The translations under genes and the position numbers were made by a program. The notes beneath the pieces were generated by a model. That model made no database searches, was not told where the DNA came from, and saw nothing but the letters and a program-made list of their open reading frames with translations. Shown here one piece after another: positions 30,390 through 40,688 of a DNA stretch of 64,000 nucleotides. Each line of letters starts with the position of its first letter. The first letter of the stretch is position 1. The stretch covers positions 6,915 to 70,914 of the forward strand of contig CAJQNY010000079.1 in NCBI GenBank assembly GCA_905479805.1. Reading direction: 5' to 3'. The DNA comes from an uncultured Arenicella sp. (GTDB lineage: Bacteria > Pseudomonadota > Gammaproteobacteria > Arenicellales > Arenicellaceae).

Positions 30390-32996
30390 TTGAAAAAATC
30401 TGAACTCCTTTTGCCGTTGACGACATTAGTTACCGCGGCAGCAATGATCGGGCTGGTTAGCGGCGGATTCATGGTTATCCAAGCTAATCGAACCTTGCCT
30501 GACGCACAAAACATCAAGAATATTGAGCTTAAGGTACCCCTGCGGGTATTTTCCGAGGATGGATTACTTATCTCCGAGTTCGGCAATGAACGCAGAAAAC
30601 CTACCGAAATCGAAAACTTTCCGCCTTATCTAGTTAACTCCGTTCTAGCCAGCGAAGATGATAATTTTTACAATCACCGTGGTATTGATATTCGTGGTTT
30701 ATTTAGGGCGGCTATTTCAAACTTTCGCTCTGGTGTCTCTTCTCAAGGCGCAAGTACTATTACCATGCAGGTTGCTCGCAATTTCTTTTTGAGTCCCGAA
30801 AAAACCTATACACGCAAACTTAAGGAAGTTCTCCTATCGATCAAGCTAGAACAAATCTTGAGCAAAGATGAAATACTATCCCTCTACCTTAATAAGATAT
30901 TCTTAGGACATCGAGCCTATGGCTTTGGAGCAGCTGCTGAAGTGTACTACGGGAAGGAGCTTGTAGACTTAAGCCTCGCAGAAAGCGCCATGCTCGCAGG
31001 GCTCCCCAAGGCGCCGTCAACCAGCAACCCATTGCGAAATCCAGAACGAGCGATAGCGCGTCGGAATTACGTACTAAACCGTCTAATTGAACTAGGAAAA
31101 ATTGATCAGCTCGAATTTGACGAAGCCAAAATCAGCCCCATAACTGCGGTAAAACACGCCAAACAAACGGAGGTCTCCGCTCATCATATTGCTGAAATGG
31201 TCCGATCTAGCCTTGTGGAACAATTTGGTGAGGATGCTTACTGGCAAGGGCTGAATGTATACACAACCATAAACTCGACAAATCAATCTGCCGCCGAAAA
31301 AACGTTGAGAAAAGGGCTACAGAACTATGATATTAGGCACGGTTTTCGCGGTGCCATTGCTCAACTTAATCTCAGTGAAATTGACCTTGAGGACGTCTCA
31401 TTAGTAGCTAACTTGCTCGTGGACTTTCCGAACAGCCAAGAACAACAACCCGTCATTGCTATCGCCGTAACAGACAATAACGCTGAATTCATTAATAAGA
31501 ACGGCGAAAGATTGACCTTAGATATCCGCGATAGTGGGTGGGCAAAACGTTTTCTGACCAATAACAACCAGGGTCCGACCCCAAAAAAGATGACTCAGTT
31601 GCTTTCCGTAGGCGATGTAGTTTACGTTCAACCTTTAAATGAGTCAGAAAGCTCGGAATTGAATTCGGAACAACAAGGAAGTACGCAAAAGTGGCGCTTG
31701 TCTCAGATACCCAACATCAGCGGGGCGATTATTTCGTTGGAGCCTAGTTCTGGAAAAATAACGGCGCTGGTAGGAGGATATGACTTTTTTCTCAACAAAT
31801 ACAACCGCGCAGTACAATCTATTAGACAGCCAGGTTCAAATATCAAACCCTTTATTTACTCGGCATCTCTGGATAGCGGCTTCGGACCTTCAAGCCTAAT
31901 AAGTGGCGCACCCATTGTAATTACCGACCCCATTCACGGCACTGTGTGGCGACCAGAAAACTACTCAGGTAAATTCTTCGGTCCGACACGCATGCGCGTA
32001 GCCCTAACGAAGTCACTCAATTTGGTCTCAATACGCTTACTTCGCTCTATCGGCATTCCTTATGCACGAGAGTATGTTTCTCGGTTTGGGATAGACATGG
32101 ATCGATTTTCGTCAACGCTTGCTATGGCGTTGGGTTCCGGTGGCGTAACACCGCTCCAAATGGTTTCCGCATACGGAACCTTAGCCAATACTGGATACCG
32201 AGTTGAGCCCTACTTTATTGATTACATCACTGATCGGAATGGTGAGGTCATTTATCGGGCCAAAATGCCAGAACTCTGCGATGAATGCTATTCACAGTTC
32301 CTGCCAGACCCGATCCTTGAGTCATACACAGAGACAGCCACTAACGCTGAAGCCTTAGCAGATAATGTTGCAGAGCTGGAAGCTGAAGGCGAATCTGAGG
32401 TAGAAACCTATCTGGCACCTCGTGTTATGCATGCTTCGAATAATTTCCTCACGGTAAGCATGTTAAAGGACGTCATCAAACTCGGAACCGCGCGTAAAGC
32501 CTTAGTGCTAAATAGACAAGACTTAGCCGGAAAAACCGGCACGACAAATGATTATGTTGACGCATGGTTTACTGGCTTCAATTCGAAGATCGCGACTACA
32601 GTTTGGGTCGGCTTTGATGATCCAGCAAGTATGGGAAAAGGAGAAGCTGGCAGTGTGGCTGCTCTACCCATTTGGGTCGACTATATGAGAACAGCTCTGA
32701 AAGATGTTCCGGAAGACCTGACTCAAACGCCAGAATATTTTGAAGAACGCCTCATCAATAAGGCATCCGGAGAACCCGCGGCGGACACGGATCAGGCGGT
32801 TATTACCGAGTATTTTCCAATTTCAGAATTACTACCTGAGATGGAAAAAATTGCCAATGCGCTAAATTCAGATGCTACCGAAGCTACAAACGATGATGGC
32901 TTTGAACTCAACGAAACTGATAATCTTAGTGAACCTCAGCCTTACCAAGAGCAAAAGATAATCGAGGAAGATGAGGATACCGAAGGATTGTTTTAA
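30390..32996 (+). CDS. mrcA: Penicillin-binding protein 1A
   Basis: EDDNFY.H.G, GASTITMQVARN, RKLKE, RQPGSNIKP, SLN, GKTGTTN; divergent from pilM. Confidence 0.95.
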   Translation: MKKSELLLPLTTLVTAAAMIGLVSGGFMVIQANRTLPDAQNIKNIELKVPLRVFSEDGLLISEFGNERRKPTEIENFPPYLVNSVLASEDDNFYNHRGIDIRGLFRAAISNFRSGVSSQGASTITMQVARNFFLSPEKTYTRKLKEVLLSIKLEQILSKDEILSLYLNKIFLGHRAYGFGAAAEVYYGKELVDLSLAESAMLAGLPKAPSTSNPLRNPERAIARRNYVLNRLIELGKIDQLEFDEAKISPITAVKHAKQTEVSAHHIAEMVRSSLVEQFGEDAYWQGLNVYTTINSTNQSAAEKTLRKGLQNYDIRHGFRGAIAQLNLSEIDLEDVSLVANLLVDFPNSQEQQPVIAIAVTDNNAEFINKNGERLTLDIRDSGWAKRFLTNNNQGPTPKKMTQLLSVGDVVYVQPLNESESSELNSEQQGSTQKWRLSQIPNISGAIISLEPSSGKITALVGGYDFFLNKYNRAVQSIRQPGSNIKPFIYSASLDSGFGPSSLISGAPIVITDPIHGTVWRPENYSGKFFGPTRMRVALTKSLNLVSIRLLRSIGIPYAREYVSRFGIDMDRFSSTLAMALGSGGVTPLQMVSAYGTLANTGYRVEPYFIDYITDRNGEVIYRAKMPELCDECYSQFLPDPILESYTETATNAEALADNVAELEAEGESEVETYLAPRVMHASNNFLTVSMLKDVIKLGTARKALVLNRQDLAGKTGTTNDYVDAWFTGFNSKIATTVWVGFDDPASMGKGEAGSVAALPIWVDYMRTALKDVPEDLTQTPEYFEERLINKASGEPAADTDQAVITEYFPISELLPEMEKIANALNSDATEATNDDGFELNETDNLSEPQPYQEQKIIEEDEDTEGLF

Positions 32997-33034
32997 ATCC
33001 TCCAGCTGATACCAACTAGGGCACTAGCTTTGAT

Positions 33035-35722
33035 TTAGACCGTTTTTTTCTTCTTAACTGCTTTTTTCTTGGTTTTTTTCTTTTTCACAATCTTCTTTTC
33101 GGTCACTACCCACTTACCACCTTCAAAAAATGCTTTCCAGCCTGTTGCTTTACCCTCTTCTTCCGACTGAACGTAAATCTCTTTGGTTTTTCGACTGTAA
33201 CGAATGACGGTGGGCAACCCATCATCATCCGCGATAGGTGCACCGAATAAAAAACTGTACTTTGGGTCGATCTCATCTTTGTGCGGAAGAATTTCCGCAA
33301 CAAGAGGCGCTCTAATTTCTCTATTTTTTGGGAACCCGCTGGCCGCCAGAAACAAGCCTGAAGCGCCATCTCTCAATATATAGTGGTCATCAACCTTCAG
33401 ACACTTTAACTCTGGCATGGGGACAGGGTCCATCTTGGGAGGGGCTGCCTCGCCATTGCGCAGCAACTTTCTTGTATTCTTACACTCTTCGTTAGTGCAA
33501 CCAAAATATTTGCCAAATCGACCGTTTTTCAACTGCATTTCATGTGTGCATTTATCACATTCAAGTACAGGGCCTTCATAGCCTTTGATTTTAAACGCGC
33601 CGGCCTCAACTTCAAATCCCGAACAATCCGGGTTGTTTCCGCAGATATGCAATTTGCGCTTTTCATCAAGCAGATAGGAATCCATCGCCGCATTACAAAT
33701 CTCACAATGATGCTTTTGGATTAACAGCTTTGCTTCGGCCTCTTCATCTTCATCAACATTGACCGCTTCGTCTCCTGGCACAAGGTTCATGGTTTTTTTA
33801 CATCGTTCTTTTGGTGGCAATGCGTATCCAGAACATCCCAAGAATACTCCCGTACTGCCCGTGCGGACCTGCATCGGTCGCCCACAAGTTGTACATTCAA
33901 TATCAGTTTCGGTGGGCATGTTGGTGCGCATTCCGCCGTCATCATCATTCTGCGCTTTTAACAACGTCTGTGAGAACTCTTTATAGAAGCTGTCCAACAA
34001 CTCACGCCATTCTCGCTTCCCTTTAGCAACATCATCCAATGCGTCTTCCATATTTGCGGTGAAACTGTAATCCATGAGATCAGTAAAACTCTCGACCAAC
34101 CTCTCTGTCACAATATCACCCATTTTCTGAGCATAGAAACGACGTTTTTCAACTTGAACATACCCACGATCTTGAATGGTAGAGATAATCGCAGCATAAG
34201 TAGACGGGCGGCCAATCCCTTGTTTTTCCAGTTCTTTTACCAAACTCGCTTCAGTATATCGAGCGGGCGGTTTAGTGAAATGTTGTGTTGGAAGTAGCTC
34301 CTTAAGATTCAAGGTATTACCTTCTTGCATTGATGGCAAAACGCCATCATCGTCCTTTTTTGAAATAGGGGGTAATACTTTCTGATACCCATCAAAAACA
34401 ATAACCCTTCCACTTGTTCGCAGTGAGTAATCTCCGGCGGAAACCACAACGCTGGTGCTTAAAAACTTTGCCTTCACCATTTGACAGGCCACGAATTGTC
34501 TCCAAATCAGATTGTACAACCGCTCTGCATCTCTATCTACATTTGCTACCTGATTCGGTTTAACTTCTACATCTGAAGGCCTAATAGCCTCATGTGCCTC
34601 TTGGGCCCCTTCTTTGCTTGAGTATGATATAGCCGCTTCAGGTAGGTATTTCTTGCCGTATTCCTTAGAAACAAAATCACGACATTGCTCCACTGCGCCT
34701 TTACTTAAATGAGTGGAATCCGTACGCATATACGTAATGTATCCAGCCTCATACAGCCGCTGCGCTAACATCATGGTTTTCTTTACACCAAACCCAAGGC
34801 GAGTGCTGGCTGCTTGTTGTAGCGTTGAAGTAATAAATGGAGCTGATGGCTTTGCCGTGGTGGGTTTTTCTTTTACCTCACTGACTTTAAAATCTGCATC
34901 CTTTAATTCACGAACCGCTTCATCGGTTTGTTCCTTACTCACCGGCTTGAATGCCTCGCCCTTATATCGACGAACCTCAAACTTCACATCCTGTTTATCG
35001 CTGGTTTTCAATTGCGCAAATAGATCCCAATACTCTTCTGGGATAAAAGCTCGTATCTCTCTCTCTCGCTCAACAACTAATCGTAGAGCCACTGACTGAA
35101 CGCGTCCTGCAGATAAACCTCGTGCTACTTTCGCCCATAATAGAGGCGAAACCATGTAGCCAACCACTCGATCTAGAAATCGCCTAGCCTGTTGTGCCTG
35201 AACCCGATTCATATCTACCGGGCCAGGTTCCTCAAAAGCTTGCTGTATCGCTGTCTCGGTAATTTCATTAAACACCACTCTGCGATAGCGCGTCGGGTCT
35301 CCACCAATTGCTTCTTGGAGATGCCAAGCGATGGCCTCACCCTCTCTATCCATATCCGTTGCCAGATATATGATGTCAGCATCCTTTGCCAACCTGACCA
35401 ACTCATCGACGACTTTCTCTTTACCCGGAAGAATTTCATAACGTGCCGCCCAATCTTTATCAGGGTCAATGCCCATACGACGGATCAACTGCTGTTTCGC
35501 TTTCTTAGCTTTATGAACAATTTTTGCTTCTGGGGACAACTTACGAGTAATAGCCGCTTGTCGTGCTCTCTCTTTCGGATCGACGTTTTGCTTAGTGCTT
35601 CCGCTTGTCGGTAAATCACGTATATGACCCACACTAGACTTTACTATGTAATCTTTGCCTAGGTATCTATTGATCGTTTTAGCTTTCGCTGGAGATTCTA
35701 CAATTACTAGAGATTTTGCCAT
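33035..35722 (-). CDS. topA: DNA topoisomerase I
   Basis: [38 protein letters not shown], zinc ribbons. Confidence 0.98.
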   Translation of the reverse strand: MAKSLVIVESPAKAKTINRYLGKDYIVKSSVGHIRDLPTSGSTKQNVDPKERARQAAITRKLSPEAKIVHKAKKAKQQLIRRMGIDPDKDWAARYEILPGKEKVVDELVRLAKDADIIYLATDMDREGEAIAWHLQEAIGGDPTRYRRVVFNEITETAIQQAFEEPGPVDMNRVQAQQARRFLDRVVGYMVSPLLWAKVARGLSAGRVQSVALRLVVEREREIRAFIPEEYWDLFAQLKTSDKQDVKFEVRRYKGEAFKPVSKEQTDEAVRELKDADFKVSEVKEKPTTAKPSAPFITSTLQQAASTRLGFGVKKTMMLAQRLYEAGYITYMRTDSTHLSKGAVEQCRDFVSKEYGKKYLPEAAISYSSKEGAQEAHEAIRPSDVEVKPNQVANVDRDAERLYNLIWRQFVACQMVKAKFLSTSVVVSAGDYSLRTSGRVIVFDGYQKVLPPISKKDDDGVLPSMQEGNTLNLKELLPTQHFTKPPARYTEASLVKELEKQGIGRPSTYAAIISTIQDRGYVQVEKRRFYAQKMGDIVTERLVESFTDLMDYSFTANMEDALDDVAKGKREWRELLDSFYKEFSQTLLKAQNDDDGGMRTNMPTETDIECTTCGRPMQVRTGSTGVFLGCSGYALPPKERCKKTMNLVPGDEAVNVDEDEEAEAKLLIQKHHCEICNAAMDSYLLDEKRKLHICGNNPDCSGFEVEAGAFKIKGYEGPVLECDKCTHEMQLKNGRFGKYFGCTNEECKNTRKLLRNGEAAPPKMDPVPMPELKCLKVDDHYILRDGASGLFLAASGFPKNREIRAPLVAEILPHKDEIDPKYSFLFGAPIADDDGLPTVIRYSRKTKEIYVQSEEEGKATGWKAFFEGGKWVVTEKKIVKKKKTKKKAVKKKKTV

Positions 35723-35917
35723 GGATGGAAGATAGTGTTATTTCTTATACCTACTCGAATACGAGCAGCTCTGATTAAAATTAGTTTCGGGACCGCATGC
35801 GAACTCGGTGCTAGAGTCGTTTTCTTTATATGAAAGAAACAGTTATTTTAACTATTTTTATCGCACACCAACGCAACCCAAGTGCGCTTTATAACAGATA
35901 GACGATAATTAAGCGAA

Positions 35918-36403
35918 CTAGTGAAACACCGGCAACATGTCTTCAGTAACAACCACTTCGGCCCATTCTGCAATTTCTGCAAAGCCTGGTTGATTACTCA
36001 TTACCATCAATACAACCCATTTAATGTGGTCTAAATTTACTTCTTGGGAGTCTAGCGCCATCACCCTGTCGATAACCATTTCACGTGAAAATTGATCAAG
36101 AACTCCTACATTGACCAGCCGTGTAAGCAAGGATTGCCCTGGTATTTTCAAGCGAAGCATTTCTTCGTCAGTGTAGAACCTTAGAGAATGACTCGAATGA
36201 ACCTGCAATTGACGATTCTCATCTTGCTCACAAATCTCCATAAGGTCCTCTAACCAGACGAAGGCTTTGTCTATTTCTTCTCCTGCGAAACCCGCACCCA
36301 CAAGCTCCTTAGCTAATTCATCTTGACCAGGCTCGAATGAGACTCCATCGATGATGTAATTCTCAAATAGATAAATCAATACCTCTAACATATCTTCTTT
36401 CAT
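35918..36403 (-). CDS. smg: Smg (DUF494) protein
   Basis: VLIYLFENY, AGF..EI.KAF.WL, REMVIDRVMAL, KWVVLMV; between dprA and topA. Confidence 0.92.
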   Translation of the reverse strand: MKEDMLEVLIYLFENYIIDGVSFEPGQDELAKELVGAGFAGEEIDKAFVWLEDLMEICEQDENRQLQVHSSHSLRFYTDEEMLRLKIPGQSLLTRLVNVGVLDQFSREMVIDRVMALDSQEVNLDHIKWVVLMVMSNQPGFAEIAEWAEVVVTEDMLPVFH

Positions 36404-36500
36404 AATCACCTCATCATCTGATACACGTTATCTAACATTCCCGCTTCGAACGGAAAAACTGCTCGGTTCACGATTGACTCTTTGGGAGATGTATCCACAA

Positions 36501-37583
36501 TTAGCTTAACCGCACATAGCCACCATCTTGTGCAACCGCTATAGCACCATCTAGTTCCAACATTAATAGCATGGATGAAACCTTTGCGGAGGTCAATCCA
36601 CTCTCTGAAATTATCGTGTTGAGACTGGTCGATTCGTGTCCAATCAACCTAAGAAACGCTATTTGCGTGTCTTCTGCTTCCTCATATTGTTCAATATTGG
36701 CCTGCGTTGATTTTTCTATACTCGTGCCCAACTCTAAGCCTACGCAACGCAGGATGTCAGTGGAATTACAGACTAGGTTTGCACCGTTTTGAATTAGTCC
36801 GTGACTTCCTGCGTACTGAGGGCTAATAGCCACACCAGGTACAACCATTAACTCTCGATTCTGTTCGCACGCCAAACGCGCAGTAATCAGTGTTCCACTG
36901 CGTTCTGCTGCCTCAATAATTACCACACCTAACGATAGGCCGCTTACAATTCGGTTTCTCTTGGGGAAGTTTTGTTTTCTAGGCGGTACGCCAATTGGGT
37001 ATTCCGACAGAGCTAAACCTAACTCAGATATTCGCTTAGCGAGGTCTCGGTTGCGCTGAGGGTAGACAATATCGAGCCCACAGCCCATGACCGCAATGGT
37101 GGGTGATTTACTTAGCAGCGCTGAATGATGGGCCACACCGTCAATACCTAACGCCATTCCACTCGTAACCACGATGCCTAATTGAGATAGATCCCGTGAG
37201 ATTACTTCCGCCACTTTTTTCCCTATGGGAGTAGGACGCCGGCTTCCTACGATGGCAATCTTCGGTTCTGACAATACGCTCAATTGACCCTTTGCAAATA
37301 GCGCGATAGGGGGATCATAAATTTCCCGTAAATGTTGCGGATACAGAGGACTGTCGATTGGAATCAAAAATTGGTCGTCAGCCTCCAACCATCGAAAGTC
37401 GGGCTCTAAATCCGCTGAGTCTAATCTTTTCGTTGAAGCAAGCTTGTTTGCGCTCTGAGATTCCGACTGGGCATAAATATTTTTAGCAGAACCAAATCTT
37501 GCGATAAGTTTATGTTTTTCTAAATCAGTCCACTGTCGATCTCGAATCAACCTCACCCAATCATACATTTCATGACTGTTCAT
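36501..37583 (-). CDS. dprA: DNA-processing protein DprA
   Basis: YP..L.EI.DPP, AIVGSR, SGMALGID, FPKRNRIVSG, SGTLITA; AGGAGG RBS before ATG 37583. Confidence 0.95.
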   Translation of the reverse strand: MNSHEMYDWVRLIRDRQWTDLEKHKLIARFGSAKNIYAQSESQSANKLASTKRLDSADLEPDFRWLEADDQFLIPIDSPLYPQHLREIYDPPIALFAKGQLSVLSEPKIAIVGSRRPTPIGKKVAEVISRDLSQLGIVVTSGMALGIDGVAHHSALLSKSPTIAVMGCGLDIVYPQRNRDLAKRISELGLALSEYPIGVPPRKQNFPKRNRIVSGLSLGVVIIEAAERSGTLITARLACEQNRELMVVPGVAISPQYAGSHGLIQNGANLVCNSTDILRCVGLELGTSIEKSTQANIEQYEEAEDTQIAFLRLIGHESTSLNTIISESGLTSAKVSSMLLMLELDGAIAVAQDGGYVRLS

Positions 37584-37640
37584 ACAGACCCTCCTTGGCC
37601 ATTTTCTATCACGTTCTCCACTGAGAACCCTTAACATTCA

Positions 37641-37716
37641 AGAGCCTCAGCGTTCCTTTAGAGCCTCAGCGTTCCTTTTAGAGCCTCAGCGTTCCTTTTA
37701 AAAAGCCTTAGCGTTC
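37641..37716. repeat. Tandem repeat AGAGCCTCAGCGTTCCTTT(T) x3 plus one degenerate copy, upstream of dprA
   Basis: Units begin at 37641, 37660 and 37680; degenerate AAAGCCTTAGCGTTC ends at 37716. Confidence 0.92.
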
Positions 37717-37815
37717 GAGAACATCAATGCTATTCAAAAACCTTACAACCTGACCAATGAGCACACTGGCCTAGCTCAGTTACTATACTCCTCAATCAAC
37801 CTATTCGCCAATCCT

Positions 37816-38916
37816 CTACTTTTCAAGATTCGGGCTAACCACAATATCCAACGGACGAATTGAACGACTTGAATTAGTCACAATTGCATAACTCACTTTT
37901 TCAAACGTTCGGAATACCAGCAATAAGCCAATCTTCTCCTCAGGTATTGAATATTGCTCTTTCGTCATTGGATCCTTCTTGATCATAGATTGACTTAAGA
38001 TTCTAAAGACGTCACCTGGACTCACTCCCTCCCTTTCACCCAAAGTAATTGCCACTACTGAAAGTGCTCCGATTTCAGTCGTCTGAGTTTTTGGCTGCAA
38101 TATGACGCCCCGTAAATTCACATTACTTGGGGCTTTAGGATAGAAAAAAGGTAGGCTTTCCTTCTTGTCAATGGGACGGAGGCGATCGCGGATAGATACA
38201 TCTGAATATGAATTCAAAATCGAAAGTCTCGAAGGATCCCCTGCACGTAGCATTCTCGCATCAGCAATATGTTCGGCTTCCCAACCTAAGCTTTCTTCGC
38301 TAACTGGGTCGACAAAATGGCGGCCAGGACGAAACACTCTATATTCATCAGCCTCCTGATTATCAATGCCCCGTGCGTAGAACTGGTCATACTTGCCCAT
38401 GATCAAGTGATTTTCAAAGCCATCAACAATATAGCCAGCTTCTGCCATTTCATTCTCATCAGTCACTAATGGCGCGTTAATATAGGCTTGAATTGCGCTG
38501 GGGTCTATGGCGGGTATCGCGTCAGCATAATCAAGCGGTCTAGCCGTAGGTGACAACCTAACTGTTTCGCGACGTAAAGAACGCAAACTTGGCTTTCCAT
38601 CTATGAACGTCATAACAAGAACATCCCCTGGATAAATAAGATCGGGATTTTCGACTTGAGGGTTACCTTGCCAAACTTCTGGCCACCTCCACGGGTCACG
38701 TAAGAATCTACCGGAGATCGCCCATAACGTATCACCATCTACAACAGTATATCGTTGCGGATAATCCGCGGCCAATATAGGCGATTCAGCGGCAAAGCTC
38801 GCTGGTAGGCTAAACACCATTGCGGTAAGCATACCAATAAATCCAGCTATGGCTTTTTTGCTGGCTATTCGAAGTATAGAAGTGCTTGTTTTCTGGTAGA
38901 TTGCTATCATTATCAT
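37816..38916 (-). CDS. LysM peptidoglycan-binding protein, TsaP-like (secretin-associated)
   Basis: YTVVDGDTLWAISGRFLRDPWRWPEVW..NPQVENPDLIYPGD, VFRTFEKVSYA; conserved position between def and dprA. Confidence 0.85.
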   Translation of the reverse strand: MIMIAIYQKTSTSILRIASKKAIAGFIGMLTAMVFSLPASFAAESPILAADYPQRYTVVDGDTLWAISGRFLRDPWRWPEVWQGNPQVENPDLIYPGDVLVMTFIDGKPSLRSLRRETVRLSPTARPLDYADAIPAIDPSAIQAYINAPLVTDENEMAEAGYIVDGFENHLIMGKYDQFYARGIDNQEADEYRVFRPGRHFVDPVSEESLGWEAEHIADARMLRAGDPSRLSILNSYSDVSIRDRLRPIDKKESLPFFYPKAPSNVNLRGVILQPKTQTTEIGALSVVAITLGEREGVSPGDVFRILSQSMIKKDPMTKEQYSIPEEKIGLLLVFRTFEKVSYAIVTNSSRSIRPLDIVVSPNLEK

Positions 38917-38988
38917 CTATGGCTCAGGGCTCTTAAATTTGCTTTTCGCTAAAAATCACTGACGTACGCTCAATTCCATTCACCTAAT

Positions 38989-39029
38989 GTTTGTTTGTTA
39001 AACTCGGGCGTTTGTTTGTTAAACTCGGG
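38989..39029. repeat. Direct repeat GTTTGTTTGTTAAACTCGGG x2 (21-bp period)
   Basis: Copies at 38989-39008 and 39010-39029 in the tsaP/def divergent intergenic region. Confidence 0.88.
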
Positions 39030-39195
39030 TAACTCATTTGGCACCCCAGCTAAAACCTCAAGCCAACGTTAAGTAAATTCGTGTTCAAAAATAAATTATA
39101 TCAAGTAATTTAGCATGTTACACAAACAATGTAGAATACAGTTTACGTTATTTTCACAAGAAACTGTATTCAAAATTAGAGATTAATACTTCGCA

Positions 39196-39699
39196 ATGCC
39201 AATTTTAGATATTTTAGTTTATCCCGACTCCAGATTACGCACGATTGCCAAACCCGTGGACATTGTTGATGAAGAGATTCGTCGTCTTGTGACTGATATG
39301 ACCGAAACAATGTACGATGCGAACGGCATCGGCCTTGCCGCCACGCAGGTGAATGTCCATAAGCAAGTGATCGTCATGGATATCTCCGAAGCTAGGAACG
39401 AATTACTCGTTTTAATAAACCCGCAGGTAGTAGAATCCGATGGTGAACAAATCTATGACGAAGGCTGCCTCTCAATACCAGAGTATTACGCGCCTGTTTC
39501 ACGCGCCGAGAGTATTAAAATCACCGCATTGGATCAGCAAGGCGAAATATTCGAACTTGAAGCCAATGACCTTTTAGCGGTTTGCATTCAGCACGAAATG
39601 GACCATCTAAAAGGTAAGGTATTCGTCGATTATTTATCGCGATTAAAGCAGGACCGAATAAAGAAAAAATTGGTTAAGCGTAGCCGCGCTGATCAATGA
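39196..39699 (+). CDS. def: Peptide deformylase
   Basis: [20 protein letters not shown]. Confidence 0.98.
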   Translation: MPILDILVYPDSRLRTIAKPVDIVDEEIRRLVTDMTETMYDANGIGLAATQVNVHKQVIVMDISEARNELLVLINPQVVESDGEQIYDEGCLSIPEYYAPVSRAESIKITALDQQGEIFELEANDLLAVCIQHEMDHLKGKVFVDYLSRLKQDRIKKKLVKRSRADQ

Positions 39700-39715
39700 G
39701 AAGCTCCGCAGATTC

Positions 39716-40687
39716 ATGAAAATAATATTTGCAGGTACGCCTGGCTTCGCACTTCCGGCCTTACAAGCGTTGATCGACTCACATGACGTAATTGCTGTTT
39801 TTACGCAACCAGACCGTCGCTCGGGACGTGGTAAGAAAATAACTCCACCGCCTGTAAAAGAACTCGCACAAACCCATGATATTGCGGTTTTTCAGCCGAC
39901 TAACATGCGCGAAGCAAGTAGCTTAATCGAAGGCTTATCGGCAGACTTCATCGTAGTGGTAGCCTATGGGATGCTGTTAACTCAATCGGTTTTAGATACG
40001 CCAAAATTTGCTTGTATCAATATCCACGCCTCATTACTGCCGCGTTGGCGTGGTGCCGCACCGATACAACGAGCGATAGAATCCGGAGATAAAACAACGG
40101 GCGTTAGCATAATGAAAATGGAGCTAGGGCTAGATACGGGTCCAGTTTATAAGACGCTAAGATGCCCAATAGCAATAAACGACACGTCAGCAAGCTTGCA
40201 TGACAAGCTCGCACACTTAGGTGCACAAGGGTTGATCGATACTTTAAGTTTATTCAACGATGAATTCACGCCATCCCCACAAACTCAAACCGAAGACGGC
40301 TCAAATTACGCGAAAAAAATCACCAAAGCCGAAGCCGAAATAGATTGGACATTATCTGCGCGTGAATTACACGCTAAAATTCGCGCTTTTATTCCATGGC
40401 CCATATGCCAAACAACACATACGGGGAATCGCTTGCGCATCTGGCAGTCTTCGCTACCAGAAACTACCGAAGGCTTGAAAGCTCACGATACGCAACCAGG
40501 AACCATAGTCTGGATTGATACCTCGGGAATTCACGTAGCATGCGGTAAAGGAGTACTGCAACTAGAAACCCTACAACGTGATGGAAGCCGAGAGTTGCAG
40601 AGTAAAGAATTTTGCAATGGCTACCATTTGGCTATCGGTGATCAACTGGGCGTTACTTCTTCCAACCCTAACAACAATTCTTTTTGA
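39716..40687 (+). CDS. fmt: Methionyl-tRNA formyltransferase
   Basis: FAGTP, TQPDR, NIHASLLPRWRGAAPIQRA, GLDTG. Confidence 0.98.
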   Translation: MKIIFAGTPGFALPALQALIDSHDVIAVFTQPDRRSGRGKKITPPPVKELAQTHDIAVFQPTNMREASSLIEGLSADFIVVVAYGMLLTQSVLDTPKFACINIHASLLPRWRGAAPIQRAIESGDKTTGVSIMKMELGLDTGPVYKTLRCPIAINDTSASLHDKLAHLGAQGLIDTLSLFNDEFTPSPQTQTEDGSNYAKKITKAEAEIDWTLSARELHAKIRAFIPWPICQTTHTGNRLRIWQSSLPETTEGLKAHDTQPGTIVWIDTSGIHVACGKGVLQLETLQRDGSRELQSKEFCNGYHLAIGDQLGVTSSNPNNNSF

Positions 40688-40688
40688 T

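Noticed and set aside
37641-37716. Possible mini-CRISPR array
   Set aside because: Units are head-to-tail with no unique spacers, are too short, and no cas genes are present. The same applies to the 9573 repeat.
40578-40688. Long fmt/rsmB overlap, and similar extensions on DUF4390, argF, dprA and msrB
   Set aside because: These are ORF-caller extensions to upstream alternative starts; better downstream ATGs exist.
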